Assembly: GCA_030390025.1 (NCBI GenBank)
Contig: CM059432.1
Span: 69,690,001 to 69,754,000, forward strand
Length of the DNA: 64,000 nt
From: Squalus acanthias
Lineage: Eukaryota
Direction: 5' to 3'
Part shown: positions 49,990 through 62,270 of the stretch, piece by piece
Position numbering within the stretch: position 1 is the first letter of the stretch
Layout: the number at the start of each line of letters is the position of its first letter
Made by a program: the position numbers and the translations under genes
Notes under the pieces: model-generated
Database searches by the model: none
What the model saw: the letters and a program-made list of their open reading frames with translations, nothing else
What the model was told of the DNA's origin: nothing

Positions 49990-51812
49990 TGTTGCTAAAC
50001 ATTGGGAAGACCGAAATCATCGTTTTCAATATCCCCGCCACAAACTCCATACTGTTGCCACTGATTCCATTCCCCTCCCCAGCTGCTGCCTCAGGTTAAC
50101 CAGATCGTTCACAACCTCAGTGTGAGCTTCCGACCCCATATCCTCTCCATCACAAAGACCATCTGCTTCCACCTCCATGGCGCCACCTGTCTCCACCCCT
50201 GCCTCGGCCCATCGACTGCCGAAACCCTCATTCATACCTTTGTCACCTCCAGACTCACTATTCCAATGCTCTATTGGCCGGCCTCCTATCCACCACCCTC
50301 CACAAATTTTAGCTCATCCAAAATTCTGCTGCCCATGTCCTATCCTGCATCAAGTCCTGCTCACCCATCATCTTCTTCTTCTTCTTCTTAGGCAGTCCCT
50401 CGGAACCAAGGATGACTTGCTTCCACACTAAAAATGAGTTCTCAGGTGACTGATGAGTCCAATGCGGGACCTACAGTCTCTGTCACAGGTGGGGCAGACG
50501 GTGGTTGAAGGGGCGGGTGTTCTAAGAAGAGAAGAAGGGTGGGGTGCGCTTGGGTTTTTCACCATCCTCCGCTTGCTTCACGATGACATGCAATCCATGA
50601 TCCTGACCAACGGGTCCACCACAGACCCAATTCACGTATGGACCGGGGTCAAGCAAGGCTGTGTCATCGCACCAACGCTCTTCTCGATCCTCCTGGCTGC
50701 AATGCTCCATCTCGCCCTCAGTAAGCTCCCCGCTGGAGTGGAGCTAATCTACAGAACAAATGGGAAACTGTTCAACCTCCGTCGCCTCCGGTCCAGATCC
50801 AAGGCTGTCCCAATCTCTGTCATCGAATTACAGTATGCAGACGACGCTTGCGTCTGCACACACTCTGAGGTCGAACTCCAAACCATCGTCAACACCTTCA
50901 CTGAAGCGTACGAGAGCATGGGCCTTACACTAAACATCCGTAAGACAAAAGTCCTCTACCAACCTGCCCCCGACACACAGTACTGCTCCCCGATTATCAA
51001 AATCCATGACGAGGCCTTGGACAACGTGGACCACTTTCCATACCTCGGGAGCCTACTGTCAACAAGGGCAGACGTCGATGACGAAGTCCAACACCGCCTT
51101 CAGTGTGCCAGTGCAGCCTTCGGTTGCCTGAGGAAGAGAGTGTTTGAAGACCAGGACCTCAAACCCAGCACCAAACCTATGGTCTACAGAGCAGCAGTGA
51201 TACCCGCCCTCCTGTGTGCTTCAGAGACATGGACCATGTACAGCAGGCACCTCAAAGCACTGGAGAGGTACCACCAATGCTGCCTCCGCAAGATCCTGCA
51301 AATCCATTGGCAGGATAGGCTCACCTACGTCCGTGTTCTTGCTCAGGCCAACATCCCCTGCTCACCCATCACCCCTGAGCTCGCTGGCGTACATTAGCTG
51401 CTGGTCCTCCAATGCCTTGAATATAAAATTCTCATCCTCAAGTTTAAATCCTTTCATGGCTTCGCCCTTCCCTATTTCTGTAACTTTTTTTAGTGCTACA
51501 ACCCTCCAAGAACTTTGCATTCCTCCAAATCTGGCCTCTTGTGCATCCTCATTCTCTTCGCCCCACCATTGATGGCCATGTCTTCAGCTGTGTAGGACCT
51601 AAGCTTTGGGATTCTCTCCCTAAACTTCTCTGCCTCTCCACCTCCTGCTTTAAGACCCTTCTTAAAACAGACCTCTTTGATGAAACTTTTAGTCACCCCT
51701 CTTAATATCTCCTTCTTCGGCTCAGTGTTGATATTTATCTGATTGTGCTTCTGTGAAGTGCCTTGTGACGTTTTTCAACATTAATGTAACAGCAATATAA
51801 ATGCACATTGTT
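49990..51812 (+). mobile_element. L2 LINE 3' fragment interrupted by an RTE insertion
   Basis: Colinear with 38230-39085 and ends FKTLLKTDLF plus an L2 tail. Confidence 0.85.
50371..51356. mobile_element. RTE-clade LINE insertion with 5' inversion
   Basis: 15-bp TSD cctgctcacccatca (50356-50370, 51357-51371). The 3' end with an (AAG)n tail and CPTCDRDCRSRIGLISHLRTH is on - (50371 to about 50558). RT motifs GVKQGCVIAPTLF, YADD and FPYLGS are on +. Confidence 0.9.
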
Positions 51813-51872
51813 TTTCTTGAAGATGGAACTTGATTTGCAATAGTGCAATTTTGAGAACTATAAAATGACTCT

Positions 51873-54800
51873 GGGGGAAAAATACGTCCCCTTAGCGCCT
51901 ACCGGGCGCTAGACCAGTATCGCTGGGGCGAGGTGAATCCAGCGCTGCATGCCAAATCCGGCCCCCCCCCCCCCCCCCCGTAGCGCAGCTGGCAAGAGGT
52001 ATCACTGGGATTGTCAACGCCAGATGGATCATGCCGTCAGTGACCGCCCAATTTGCTAAATTGATTCTCGCCACTTACCTCAGCGCCTGGAGTAAACACC
52101 GACAGGGAGAGCTCGCGTGAAGCACCAGGAAGCCGGTTCCAGGGACGTTATTTAAAGGGATCATCAGTAATCACTCGCAGCTGTCAGGTTAGTACAGCTT
52201 CAGTGGTTTCTTATCTGTTTCACCCACTGCAACAGTTTCATTCAGTAATTTCAAGATTCCTTTGTATCAGGAGTCTTCTGGCAACTAAAAAGTAGCTACA
52301 TTTATTCTTCAAAGATTCAAACTGCTACACTTGGTAATATTAATGGGGGCAGTACTGGCATGTCACCTCGCTCTCCAGGATCTACAGCAGAGGGAGCGTA
52401 GGCAGCGAGAAACATGGGAACATGTGCGCAGAGAGATGAGGAGGGACATCAAGTTTCTCAACAGGAGGCCTTACCCTGCGAGGATATTCCGAGAACACTT
52501 CTCCTACCTTCAATGAAGCGAGGAGCAGTGTATTAGACGGCTCCACCTCACCAAGGAGGTGGTCACAGAACTCTGCCACCTCCTCCAAATAGACCTCCAG
52601 CCTCACATCAGGATGACTTAAAGGCCAGATCCCCTTTGCTCACCACATCCCCATCATTCCATCCCTCTCACAGGCCGTATCACACCGCGAAGCTGAAATG
52701 ACAGACAACACAAAAGAATGGTAAGTGAATTAATAAATTTATCAAAAATCAGTGAACACATATTTACACCAAAAATATTAACTTTTCACCCTTGCGCAAT
52801 CCCTTAGTGCCTGTTGTTACTGTGTCTTTGCCTACTTAGTGCTCCTATGAAGTGTTAGCCCAATGGCTGCAGCAGGGCTGGTAGAAGGCTGCTGAGTGTC
52901 CGTGCGGGAGACTTCAAATGGCCTTGCAGGACGACCTCGACTGGCTCTGAACCTGGAAGGCCCGGCTGTAGACTGCACCACCTCAGCATGGGCAGCAGTC
53001 TGGGCTGGCTGGATGACAGGCAGCGACAAGGGCAATGGCGGAGTGGCAGCGGTGGGAGCAGGAATGCTGTCATCCTGAGAGACGACAGCAGGTTCCTGCT
53101 CCACTAACCCACAGCCACTCCCCCGGGGCAGCACCATGGCGTCCCTAGCAATCTGTTGGAGCACAAATTGCTGGCCTGCTGTGACACCGTGAAAGCCCTG
53201 GTCGACGGTGGTAGACCCAGCCACGATGGCAGCAGGCAGAGCTTGCGTGGCATCAAGCTGAGACTGCATGAGAGCAGCCTGAGATTGGATGCCACCAAGC
53301 ATTGACTGCATTACAGCACTAAGATATTTCGTCACTTCCGCCTGTGTTGCAATGGAAGCTGCCAGATCGCCCCTCACACGCAGCATCAGGCCTGGGTCGA
53401 TACGTTCTCTCTGGGAGTCTACCATCCTTTGCAGACTGGAAATGATGGACTCCATGGTGTGCGCAGAGCCTTGTGCAATGTTGGAGGGGGACTCCTCCAC
53501 GCTTCTTATCATTGTTGAGAGGCTCTCAGGCACCCTTGCCATTGCACCTATCATCTCCGTGTGCATGCCCATCACTCTTCTTCTAAAGTCCTCCCCATCG
53601 AGGTCCTCATTTGAGTCCTGTGCAGCAGAACTCGCGTGCGAACTCGCCCTCCGGGGAGCTGGCCCCCAAGCTACCTTTTCCCTCTGGCCTTGCTGCAGCC
53701 CACTCGTCACTGGTGCCTCACACTGTGCAGATCCCGCTACTATACTAGCCTCTAAAGAACCCGTAGTGCCAGTATCTGAGCTGGTGTCTGCAGGTGAAAG
53801 ATGCAGTGACGCGGTGTTTTCTTCCTCCACCTGTTCTCCCGCATCACTCTCAACGGTACCCTCAGGGACAGGCTGTTCAGGTGCTTGCTGATTATCTGAA
53901 AGCATAAAGGCACAAGGTGAGGGGAGGGGGGCAGGAAGGGAGAAATGCATGCATACAGCATGATTAGCTGGAAAGTGCAAAACGCTTGTGTGGTGAGGGG
54001 GAAGTGGGATGTGAGAAGAAGGAGTAGGGATTAACATACTGTTGCTGTCCCCAAGTGAGTCAACTTCGCTGGTGGCCACGGCGCCCAACACCTGGCGCCC
54101 AATAATCTGCAGCACTTGATTTTCCAGCGCAGACAGTGGTTGGGTGTTGGCTTGTCCCCCGCCTGTGCGCTCCTGCTCCCTCCTGTTGTGAGCCACCTTG
54201 GCCTGCAAGAGAAAGGAAAGAGTGTGATGTGCCTGCCATGGTTGAATAGCTGTCATTGTGTTCAAGGTGTGAGATGTGGGTGTGAGTGTTGGTGGGTAGT
54301 GATTGTTGGTGGGTGAGTGCTGGGGATGTGGTGCTTTGGGCAGTGTGTGTAGATTGTGGTTCAGATTGTGGTATGTAGCATTTGTTGAAGCATTCACTCA
54401 CCCTAACTACCCGAGTGAGGTCGTTAAATTTCTACCTGCACTGTGTGTGGGTCCTGGGGACCACAATGCTACCAGAGACGTGCTGCGCTACCTCCCTCCA
54501 CATGGTGCAGAAGACTTGTGGCGAGGGCCTCCTGCCACTTGCCGGGTAGAGCACCACCCTCCGTCTCTCCACAACGAAAATCAATGCCTTCAATGCTTCA
54601 TCGGAGAATCTGCGGGCTCTCTCCCTGGGGTGTGGATCTGCCATGAGCACACATAGTTCAGTCCTCCGGCTCCTTCTGCTTGTTCTGCTTCTGCTTGCTG
54701 AGGCAGCTGCATAGCCAGCAATTGTGAGAATGAGGTGCTGCAGCATCAATGAACCTCCCCTTTAAGTAGTGAAAAAAGCCTGTAGCAATCATGACTTGCA

Positions 54801-55003
54801 ATTAGACTGCACCTGATATTGGTCCACCCTTTGAGTGTAATGCCTATGAGCTTGGGTTTTAAGACTTGAATTGGGGCACCAATCATTTTATTGAGCAATG
54901 AGCACGAATTTTGCGTGCAGTCTAAAGAATTTGCGCCTTGCGCTAATTCTCCAACTTTTCTACCGACACCGCCCATTCCTTGGCTATAAGGAATTTCTAG
55001 CCA
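51873..55003. mobile_element. PIF/Harbinger transposon H5 (transposase mostly deleted, Myb gene nearly intact)
   Basis: Ends gggggaaaaatac / gaatttctagcc, with the right end matching H4. Transposase 5' stub at about 52343-52615 (RRPYPARIFREHFSYL). No clean direct TSD. Confidence 0.85.
52832..54645 (-). pseudogene. Harbinger Myb/SANT-like gene of H5: exons about 54645-54402, 54202-54040 and 53895-52832, with one in-frame TAG
   Basis: MADPHPRERARRFSDEALKALI...WREVA...QCR*KFNDLTRVVR|AKVAHNRREQERTGGG..., with GT-AG introns of 199 and 144 nt. Confidence 0.85.
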
Positions 55004-55279
55004 AGAATACCTCCAAGAGTAGGATGCTGTTTTTATATTGATGTTGATGAAGTTATCTCTGCTTTAGTTCTTGTGAGTCTTCGTACCAATTGTTGTAAAA
55101 TATTTTGTTTTACTTCTAGCACCATTACTGGCACCAGTGGGTTTTCCAATGGGCATTATCCTATCTGGTGTGTTTATCAGAAGAGGAGAAACTGTGGAGG
55201 GTTGTTAGACAGCTCTGACCACATGAGAAATGCGCTATGCCCACCCTTCGGTATTCTTCATCTGCAAACATAGATAGCC

Positions 55280-55760
55280 AGATCTCATATTGACAGGTAG
55301 CTAATGCTGGTGGGGTTCTTCTTCCCACTGGAAGCTGGGTCAGCAGGTCCAGTAGTATCACTAAGATATGTCCACTTGATCTGCGTCCCTGTAATGAACT
55401 CCAGACCCACTCTCTCTACCAGTGCACTGTGCTGCAGTATGTACGATCGACAGGATGCACTGTAGCAATTCATTAAGCTTATTTTGACAACATATTGCAG
55501 CCCCACCACCTCTACCATGAAGAAGGACAACAGTAGCAACACAACCTAGTCACATACCATTCTAACTTGGACATATACCACCATTCCATCATCATTACTG
55601 GATCAAAATTCTAGAATTGCCTGCTTGAAATCATTGTGGGAGCATCATCACCACAAGGCGGTTGACAGAGAAGGCCCACCACTACTTTATCAAGGCAACT
55701 AAGGATGAGCAATAAATGCTGCCTTGCCAGCATTGCCCATATTCTGAGATCAATAAAAAA
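55280..55760 (+). mobile_element. Decayed LINE B-family 3' fragment
   Basis: Ends gcaataaatgctgccttgccagcattgcccatattctgagatcaataaaaaaa. Confidence 0.7.
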
Positions 55761-56212
55761 ATGTGAATCCTGACTAATTGTAATATTGGATGCTTCTTTG
55801 AAAGCACTGAACTTACAGTAATGTTATACTTTTAGTGGCACAGCATAAAAGAAGACATGCCAGGATAACCTGATTGACCATTGCCACCAAGAAGCTACCA
55901 ACTACTTTTACAGACACTGGTATACTTACTTGGCAATGACTGGAAAACTGACTTCACAGGGTCTGCATCAGCAGAGAGGCAACTACAGTGCTGTGCCACT
56001 GCTGTGAGGACAACTACAGCTACCACGCAGTATAACCTATCACATCTAGTGAAAGTAAAGGGAGAATTTTAACCCCCAAGGAAGCGTGGGTTGGGGGCTG
56101 GTGGGGAGGTAAATATTGTAAAATTCTCAAATCCGACTCCAACACGCCCATCTCTGGGTTTAACGGAGGCACGTTTGGCTGTGTGCGAGCAACCTGCTCG
56201 CCAGAGACGGGT

Positions 56213-59200
56213 CATAGAGTCATAGGGCTGGATTTTGAAACTCAGGTCGGGTTGGTGTCGTGAATCCCACATTTTGGCTTGTAAACCCGCCTCCATCGAG
56301 ATGTGGCCAACCCACTGTATTTTCCCTTGATTGACCTTGTTGAGCCCGCCCAGTGGGCTCAGCAGGCCAATTAAGGGCCACCCAGCAACAGGTGACATCA
56401 CAGATTGACATTTCATCTGTCAAGAGCTTTTGACAGATGAAATATCAGCGTTTGACAGCTCTGTGAAGCTGTCAAACACTGACAATATGATTTCTAACTT
56501 GAGTCCTTCCTCTCAGGCTGAGTTAGAAATCATTCCACCACAGAAAACAGAAGGCTGCAGTTTTTGACAGGACCACGGCTTTTCTGCTTTCTGTGCCGGT
56601 GAGATTTCTGACTCCCGAGAACTGAAGGGCTGACACCTGCAGGAGGAAGTTAAGGTAAGTAAAACTTTTTCCCACACTTAGCACTTACCTTACAAACTTA
56701 CCTCTGCACACATGCACCCATCACTCACCTGCCCATCGGACATATCGACCCCTCCAACCCCTGCAGACCCACGGTCCGCCCCGATTACTTGGCGTGGTTG
56801 CCACCTGTCGGGAAGCCCACATTTCACCTTTTAAAATAGGGATTATTCAAAAAACTGCCTGTTAACTACCTGTTAACAGGCAGTTAATTGTCACTCATCC
56901 CTTCCCACCTCGGGGAATCGGGTCTCAGCACAGGTCGGGTACCCGCCGCCAGCGAAACTGGCATGGAGGCAGGTTGGAGGCGGGATGGGGTCGGGACCCC
57001 CGAATCTGCAACTTTAACCCCCCACACGCCTCCAAACCTGACTCCACAGGTCATTGAAAATCCAGCCCATAGAGTCATAGAGTTATACAGCACAGAAAGA
57101 GGCCCTTCGGCCCATCATGTCTGCACTGGCCATCAAGCCCTATCTATTCTAATCCCATTTTCCAGCACTTGGGCCGTAGCCTTGTATGCTATGGCGTTTC
57201 AAGTGCTCATCTAAATGCTTCTTGAATGTTGTGAGGGTTCCTGCCTCTACCACCCTTTCAGGCAGTGAGTTCCAGATTCCAACCACTCTCTGGGTGAAAA
57301 AGTTTTTCCTCAAATCCCCTCTAAACCTCCTGCCCCTTACTTTGAAACTATGCCCCCTGGTTATTGACCCCTCTACTAAGGGGAAAAGTTCCTTTCTATC
57401 TACCCTATCTATGCCCCTCATAATTTTGTACACCTCAATCAGGTCCCCCCTCAGCCTTCTCTGCTCTAAGGAAAAGAACCCCAGCCTGTCCAGTCCCTCT
57501 TCATAGCTGAAGCGCTGCAGCCCAGGTAACATCCTGGTGAATCTCCTCTGCACCCTCTCTAATGCAATCACATCCTTCCTATAGTGTGGCGACCAGAACT
57601 GCACACAGTATTCCAGCTGTGGCCTAACTAGCATTTTGTACAGCTCCATCATAACCTCCCTGCTCTTATATTCTATGCCTCAGCTAATGAAGGCAAGTAT
57701 CCCATATGCCTTCTTAACCACCTTATCTACCTGTCCTGCTGCCTTCAGGGATCTATGTACATGCACACCAAGGTCCCTCTGATCCTCTGTCCTTCCTAGG
57801 GTCCTACCATTCATTGTGTATTCTCTTGCCTTGTTAGTCCTCCCAAAATGCATCACCTCACACTTTTCAGGGTTAAATTCCATTTGCCACTGTTCTGCCC
57901 ATCTAACCAACCCTTCTATATCGTCCTGTAGCCTGAGGCTTCCCTCCTCGCTATTTACCACTCCACCAATTTTCGTGTCATCTGCGAACTTATTGATCAT
58001 ACCTCCTACATTCATATCTAAATCATTAATGTACACTACAAACAGCAAAGAACCCAGCACCAATCCCTGCGGTACACCACTGGACACAGGCTTCCAGTCA
58101 CAAAAACAACCTTCGACCATCACCCTCTGCCTCCTGCCACCAAGCCAATTTTGGATCCAATTTGCCAAATTGCCCTGGATCCCATGAGCTCTTACCTTCT
58201 TGACCAGTCTCCCATGCGGGACTTTGTCAAAAGCCTTACTGAAGTCCATGTAGACTACATCAACTGCACTACCCTCATCCACACACCTAGTCACCCCCTT
58301 GAAAAGTTCAATCAAATTGGTTAGACATGATCTCCCCCTGACATGCTGACTATCCTTGATTAATCCTTGCCTCTCCAAGTGGAGACTAATTCTGTCCCTC
58401 AGAATTTTTTCCAATAATTTCCCTACCACTGATGTTAGGCTCACTGGCCTGTAATTCCCTGGTTTATCCCTACTACCCTTCTTGAATAATGGTACTACGT
58501 TAGCTGTCCTCCAGTCCTCTGGCACCTCCCCTGTGGCCAGAGCGGTTCTGAGATTTTGTGTCAGAGCCCCTGCAATCTCCTCCCTTGCCTCACACAGCAG
58601 CCTGGGATACATCTCGTCTGGGCCTGGGGATTTATCCACTTTTAAGCCCGCTAAAACCGCTAGTACCTCCTCCCTCTCAATGCTAATTTGTTCAAGTATA
58701 TCACAATCCCCCTGCCTGATTTCTATGCCTGCATCGTCCTTCTCCATAGTGAACACAAATGCAAAATATTCATTTAAAGCCTCCCCTACATCTTCTGGCT
58801 CTACACACAGATTGCCACTTTGGTCCTTAATGGGCCCTACTATTTCCCTGGTTATCCTCTTGCCCTTAATATACTTATAAAATACCTTGAGAGTTTCCTT
58901 TATTTTGCCCGCCAGTGTTTTTTCATGCCCCCTCTTCGCTCTCCTAATTTATTTTTTAATTCCCTCCCTGCACTTTCTATACTCCTCTAGGGCTTCCACT
59001 GTTTTTAGTCCTTTGTATCTGCCAAAAGCCTCCCTTTTTTTCCTAATCCATTCTTGTATATTTCTTGACATCCAGGGTTCCCTGGACTTGTTGGTCCCAC
59101 CCTTGACCTTTATGGGAACATGTTGGCGCTGTACTCTCTCTATATCCTTTTTGAATGACTCTGAATGCTCTGATGTGGATTTTCCTACAAGTAGCTGATC

Positions 59201-60804
59201 CCAGTCCACTTTGGCCAGATCGTGCCTTATCATATTAAAATCGGCCTTCCCCCAATTTAGAACTTTTATTTCCGGTCCATCTTTGTCCTTTTCCATGACT
59301 ACCTTAAATCTCACCGAATTATGGTCACTGTCACCAAAATGCTCTCCTACTGACACTTCTACCACTTGCCCGGCTACATTCCCTAGAATTAGGTCCAGTA
59401 CTGCCCCCTCTCTTGTAGGACTTTCTACATGCTGGCTCAAAAAGCTCTCCTGGATGCACTTTAAGAATTCCGCACCCTCTAAACCTTTCACACTCTGACT
59501 ATCCCAGTTAATATTGGGGAAGTTGAAATCCCCTACTATTATTACCCTATCATTTCTACACTTCTCTGAGATTTGCCGACATATCTGTTCCTCTATCTCA
59601 CCCTAACTGTTTGGGGGCCTATAGTACACTCCCAGCAAAGTGCTTGCCCCCTTTTTGTTTTTATGTTCTACCCATATGGCCTCATTAGAGGAAGCTGCTA
59701 AGATATCATCCCTCCTTACTGCAGCAATTGACTCCTTGATTAATATTGCGACACCCCCTCCTCTTTTACACCCCCCTCTGTCTCGTCTGAAGATTCTATA
59801 CCCCGGAATATTGAGCTGCCAGACCTGCCCCTCCCTCAACCATGTCTCTGTGATAGCAACAATATCATACTCCCATGTGTTCATCAACACCTTCAATTCA
59901 TCTACCTTACTCGTAAGACTCCTTGCATTAAAATAAATGCCCTCCAGCCTTGCCATACTCCCTTGTGCCATTCCATATTTGCTCTGCCTTCCAGACTGAC
60001 TTGTTTTTTCCTCTATATTTGGCTGTGCATCACCCCCTACTATAACTCCACTCCGTATCCCATCCCCCTGCCAAGTTAGTTTAAACCCCCTCCAACAGCA
60101 CTTGCAAACCTCCCCGCAAGGATGTTGGTCCCGTTCCGGTTCAGGTGCAACCCGTCCGACTTGTACAGGTCCCACCTTCCCCAGAAACAGACCCAGTGAT
60201 CCAGGAAACTAAAGCCCTCCCTCCTGCACCAACTCTTTAGCCACGCATTCATCTGCCCTATCCTCCTATTCCTACACTCACTAGCATGTGGCACCGGGAG
60301 TAATCCAGAGATTACAACCTTTGAGGTCCTGCTTTTTAATCTGCTACCTAGCTCCCTAAATTCTTGTTGCAGGACCTCATCCCTCTTTCTACCCATGTCG
60401 TTGGTACCAATGTGAACCACGACCTCTGACTGTTCGCCCTCCCCCTTCAGAATGCCCTGCAGCCGTTCAGTGACATCCTTGACCCTGGCACCAGGGAGGC
60501 AACATACCATCCTGGAGTCACGTCTGCAGCTGCAGAAACGCCTGTCTGCACCCCTCACTATTGTGTCTCCTACCACTATTGCCCTTCCACTCTTACTCCT
60601 CCCGCCTTGTGCAGCTGAGCCACCCACAGTGCCGTGAACTTGGCTCTGGCTGCACTCCCCAGAGGAACTGTCACTTTCACCATTTTCCAACACAAAAAAA
60701 CGGTTGTTGAGTGAGATGCACTCTGGGGCTTTCCTGACTAACTGCCTGCCCCCCTTCTTCTGATTGGTGGTCACCCATTCGCTCTCTGACTGCACTTTCT
60801 TAAG
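56213..60804 (-). mobile_element. Near full-length CR1 LINE: ORF1 SGNH esterase plus ORF2 EN-RT with a few disablements
   Basis: ORF1 60076-60795 (IVVGDTIVRG, CLPGARV, HIGTND), EN (YFNARSL, AITETWL, GVYYRPP), RT 57680-58756 and C-terminus 57149-57652. Stops at about 59603 and 57680, frameshift near 58949. Confidence 0.96.
56225..57068. mobile_element. Harbinger-type MITE (family Y) in a CR1 tail
   Basis: TIRs gggctggatttt / aaaatccagccc and ATA TSD inside (CATAGAGT)n. Confidence 0.88.
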
Positions 60805-61109
60805 CTGTCAATCATTATCACATGTTGATGAGGTGCTTTTGAAGAGATTCCAACAGGGATTTGAATTTAATTCCTCCAGCAAGGGTTACCTGGGGCTCGG
60901 GAAACTTGCCAGTGAAACGCAGGCGAGATTGAGCAGCACTCATAGAGTGTTTAAAGTTCTAATTGCCCAATATGAATAAAGGCTCAGTGCTTACAGCTGC
61001 TTTCTCAGTTTCCTGTGGCAAACGTTTTGCAGGGAGTTCTTGTGATCCTAGGCGTGTTTCCGAAGTTTGGAGGCTTTCAAACAGACAACAGCAGGATGGG
61101 GAGGGTCCC

Positions 61110-62270
61110 ATGGATGCTGTTGATAAGACATTGGACAAGGAAGACAATCACCATCCATGGCAGCAATGTCATGCTATGGTGGGATCTGCAGGTAAACAAC
61201 AGAGAGGTGCACAACAGAGAGTTGCACAATACAGAACTGGACAACACAGATCTGAAGAACACAGATCTGGAGAGCAGAGAGGAGAACAGCAGAGTGGAGA
61301 ACAGCAGAGAGAGGAACAGCAGAGAGAGGAACAGCAGAGAGGAGAACAGCAGAGAGAGGAACAGCAGAGTGGAGAACAGCAGAGAGGAGAACAGCAGAGA
61401 GGAGAACAGCAGAGAGGAGAACTGCAGAGAGGAGAACTGCTCTCAATTTCTTTGCCTCCAGCTCCTTCCAGTGTGCCACCTCAGACATCTCGAGGCTCTC
61501 TCAGTCAGCTGCACATAAATGTATAAGGCCGGTCATGGATGGATTGTTTGCCAAGGCGTCCACTTATATCAGCTTCCCTTACGATGACAGTAGCCAGAAT
61601 GGGCAGTTGGATTCGCATCTCTGGCTGGCTTCCCACAGGTACAGGGTGCCATCGATTGCACACATGTGGCAATCACAAGATGAACCAGGAGATTTTATCA
61701 ACCGCAAGGGATTTCATTCCATCAAAGCACAGCTGGTGTGCAACCATGAGAAGAGGTTCATGCAGGTGTGCTCCAGATTCCCTGGAAGCAGTCATGATCT
61801 TTTATACTGCGGCAGTCCAACATTCCTAACCTCTTTGTACCAGGAAATAGAATTCAGGACTGGCTCGAAGGAGACAAGGGATACCCCCTTCAAACTTGAC
61901 CCATGACACCTGTGAGGAACCCACCAATGAGGCATAGCAGTGCTACAACAAGAGCCACGTGACCACCAGGTGTGTCATCAAGCAAGCCATTGGCATGTTG
62001 ATGATGCGCTTCAGGTGCCTAGATAGGTCTGGAGGCACCCTTTAGTACTCGCCAGCGAGGGTGTCCAGAATGATATTGGTGTTCTGCGTCCTGCACAACA
62101 TTGCGCAGCAGAGAGGATTAGAGATGGAGGATGACCAAGGCACTCATCAATCATCTTATGAAGAGAACATTGAAGAAAAGGAGGACATAGATGACAAGCA
62201 ATATAAAAATGGGGCACTTATTGCCAGACCAGCCGTGTACATTGCTGCCAGGGATACCCTAAGAGCTTGA
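61110..62270 (+). pseudogene. Harbinger transposase of H7, decayed
   Basis: FINRKGFHSIKAQLVCNH, RFPGSSHD, GDKGYP, RFRCLDRSGG and FCVLHNIA motifs, with many frameshifts. Confidence 0.85.
61195..61440 (+). repeat. 15-bp minisatellite (GAACAGCAGAGAGGA/GAG)n
   Basis: Direct tandem units encoding (EQQRG/E)n in the 5' part of the H7 transposase. Confidence 0.9.

Noticed and set aside
52832..54397. 521-aa single-exon protein
   Set aside because: It starts inside intron 1 and reads through the 144-nt intron 2 of the Harbinger Myb gene; the real structure is spliced.
61195..61440. CRISPR-like array
   Set aside because: The units are head-to-tail with no unique spacers, in a eukaryotic context.
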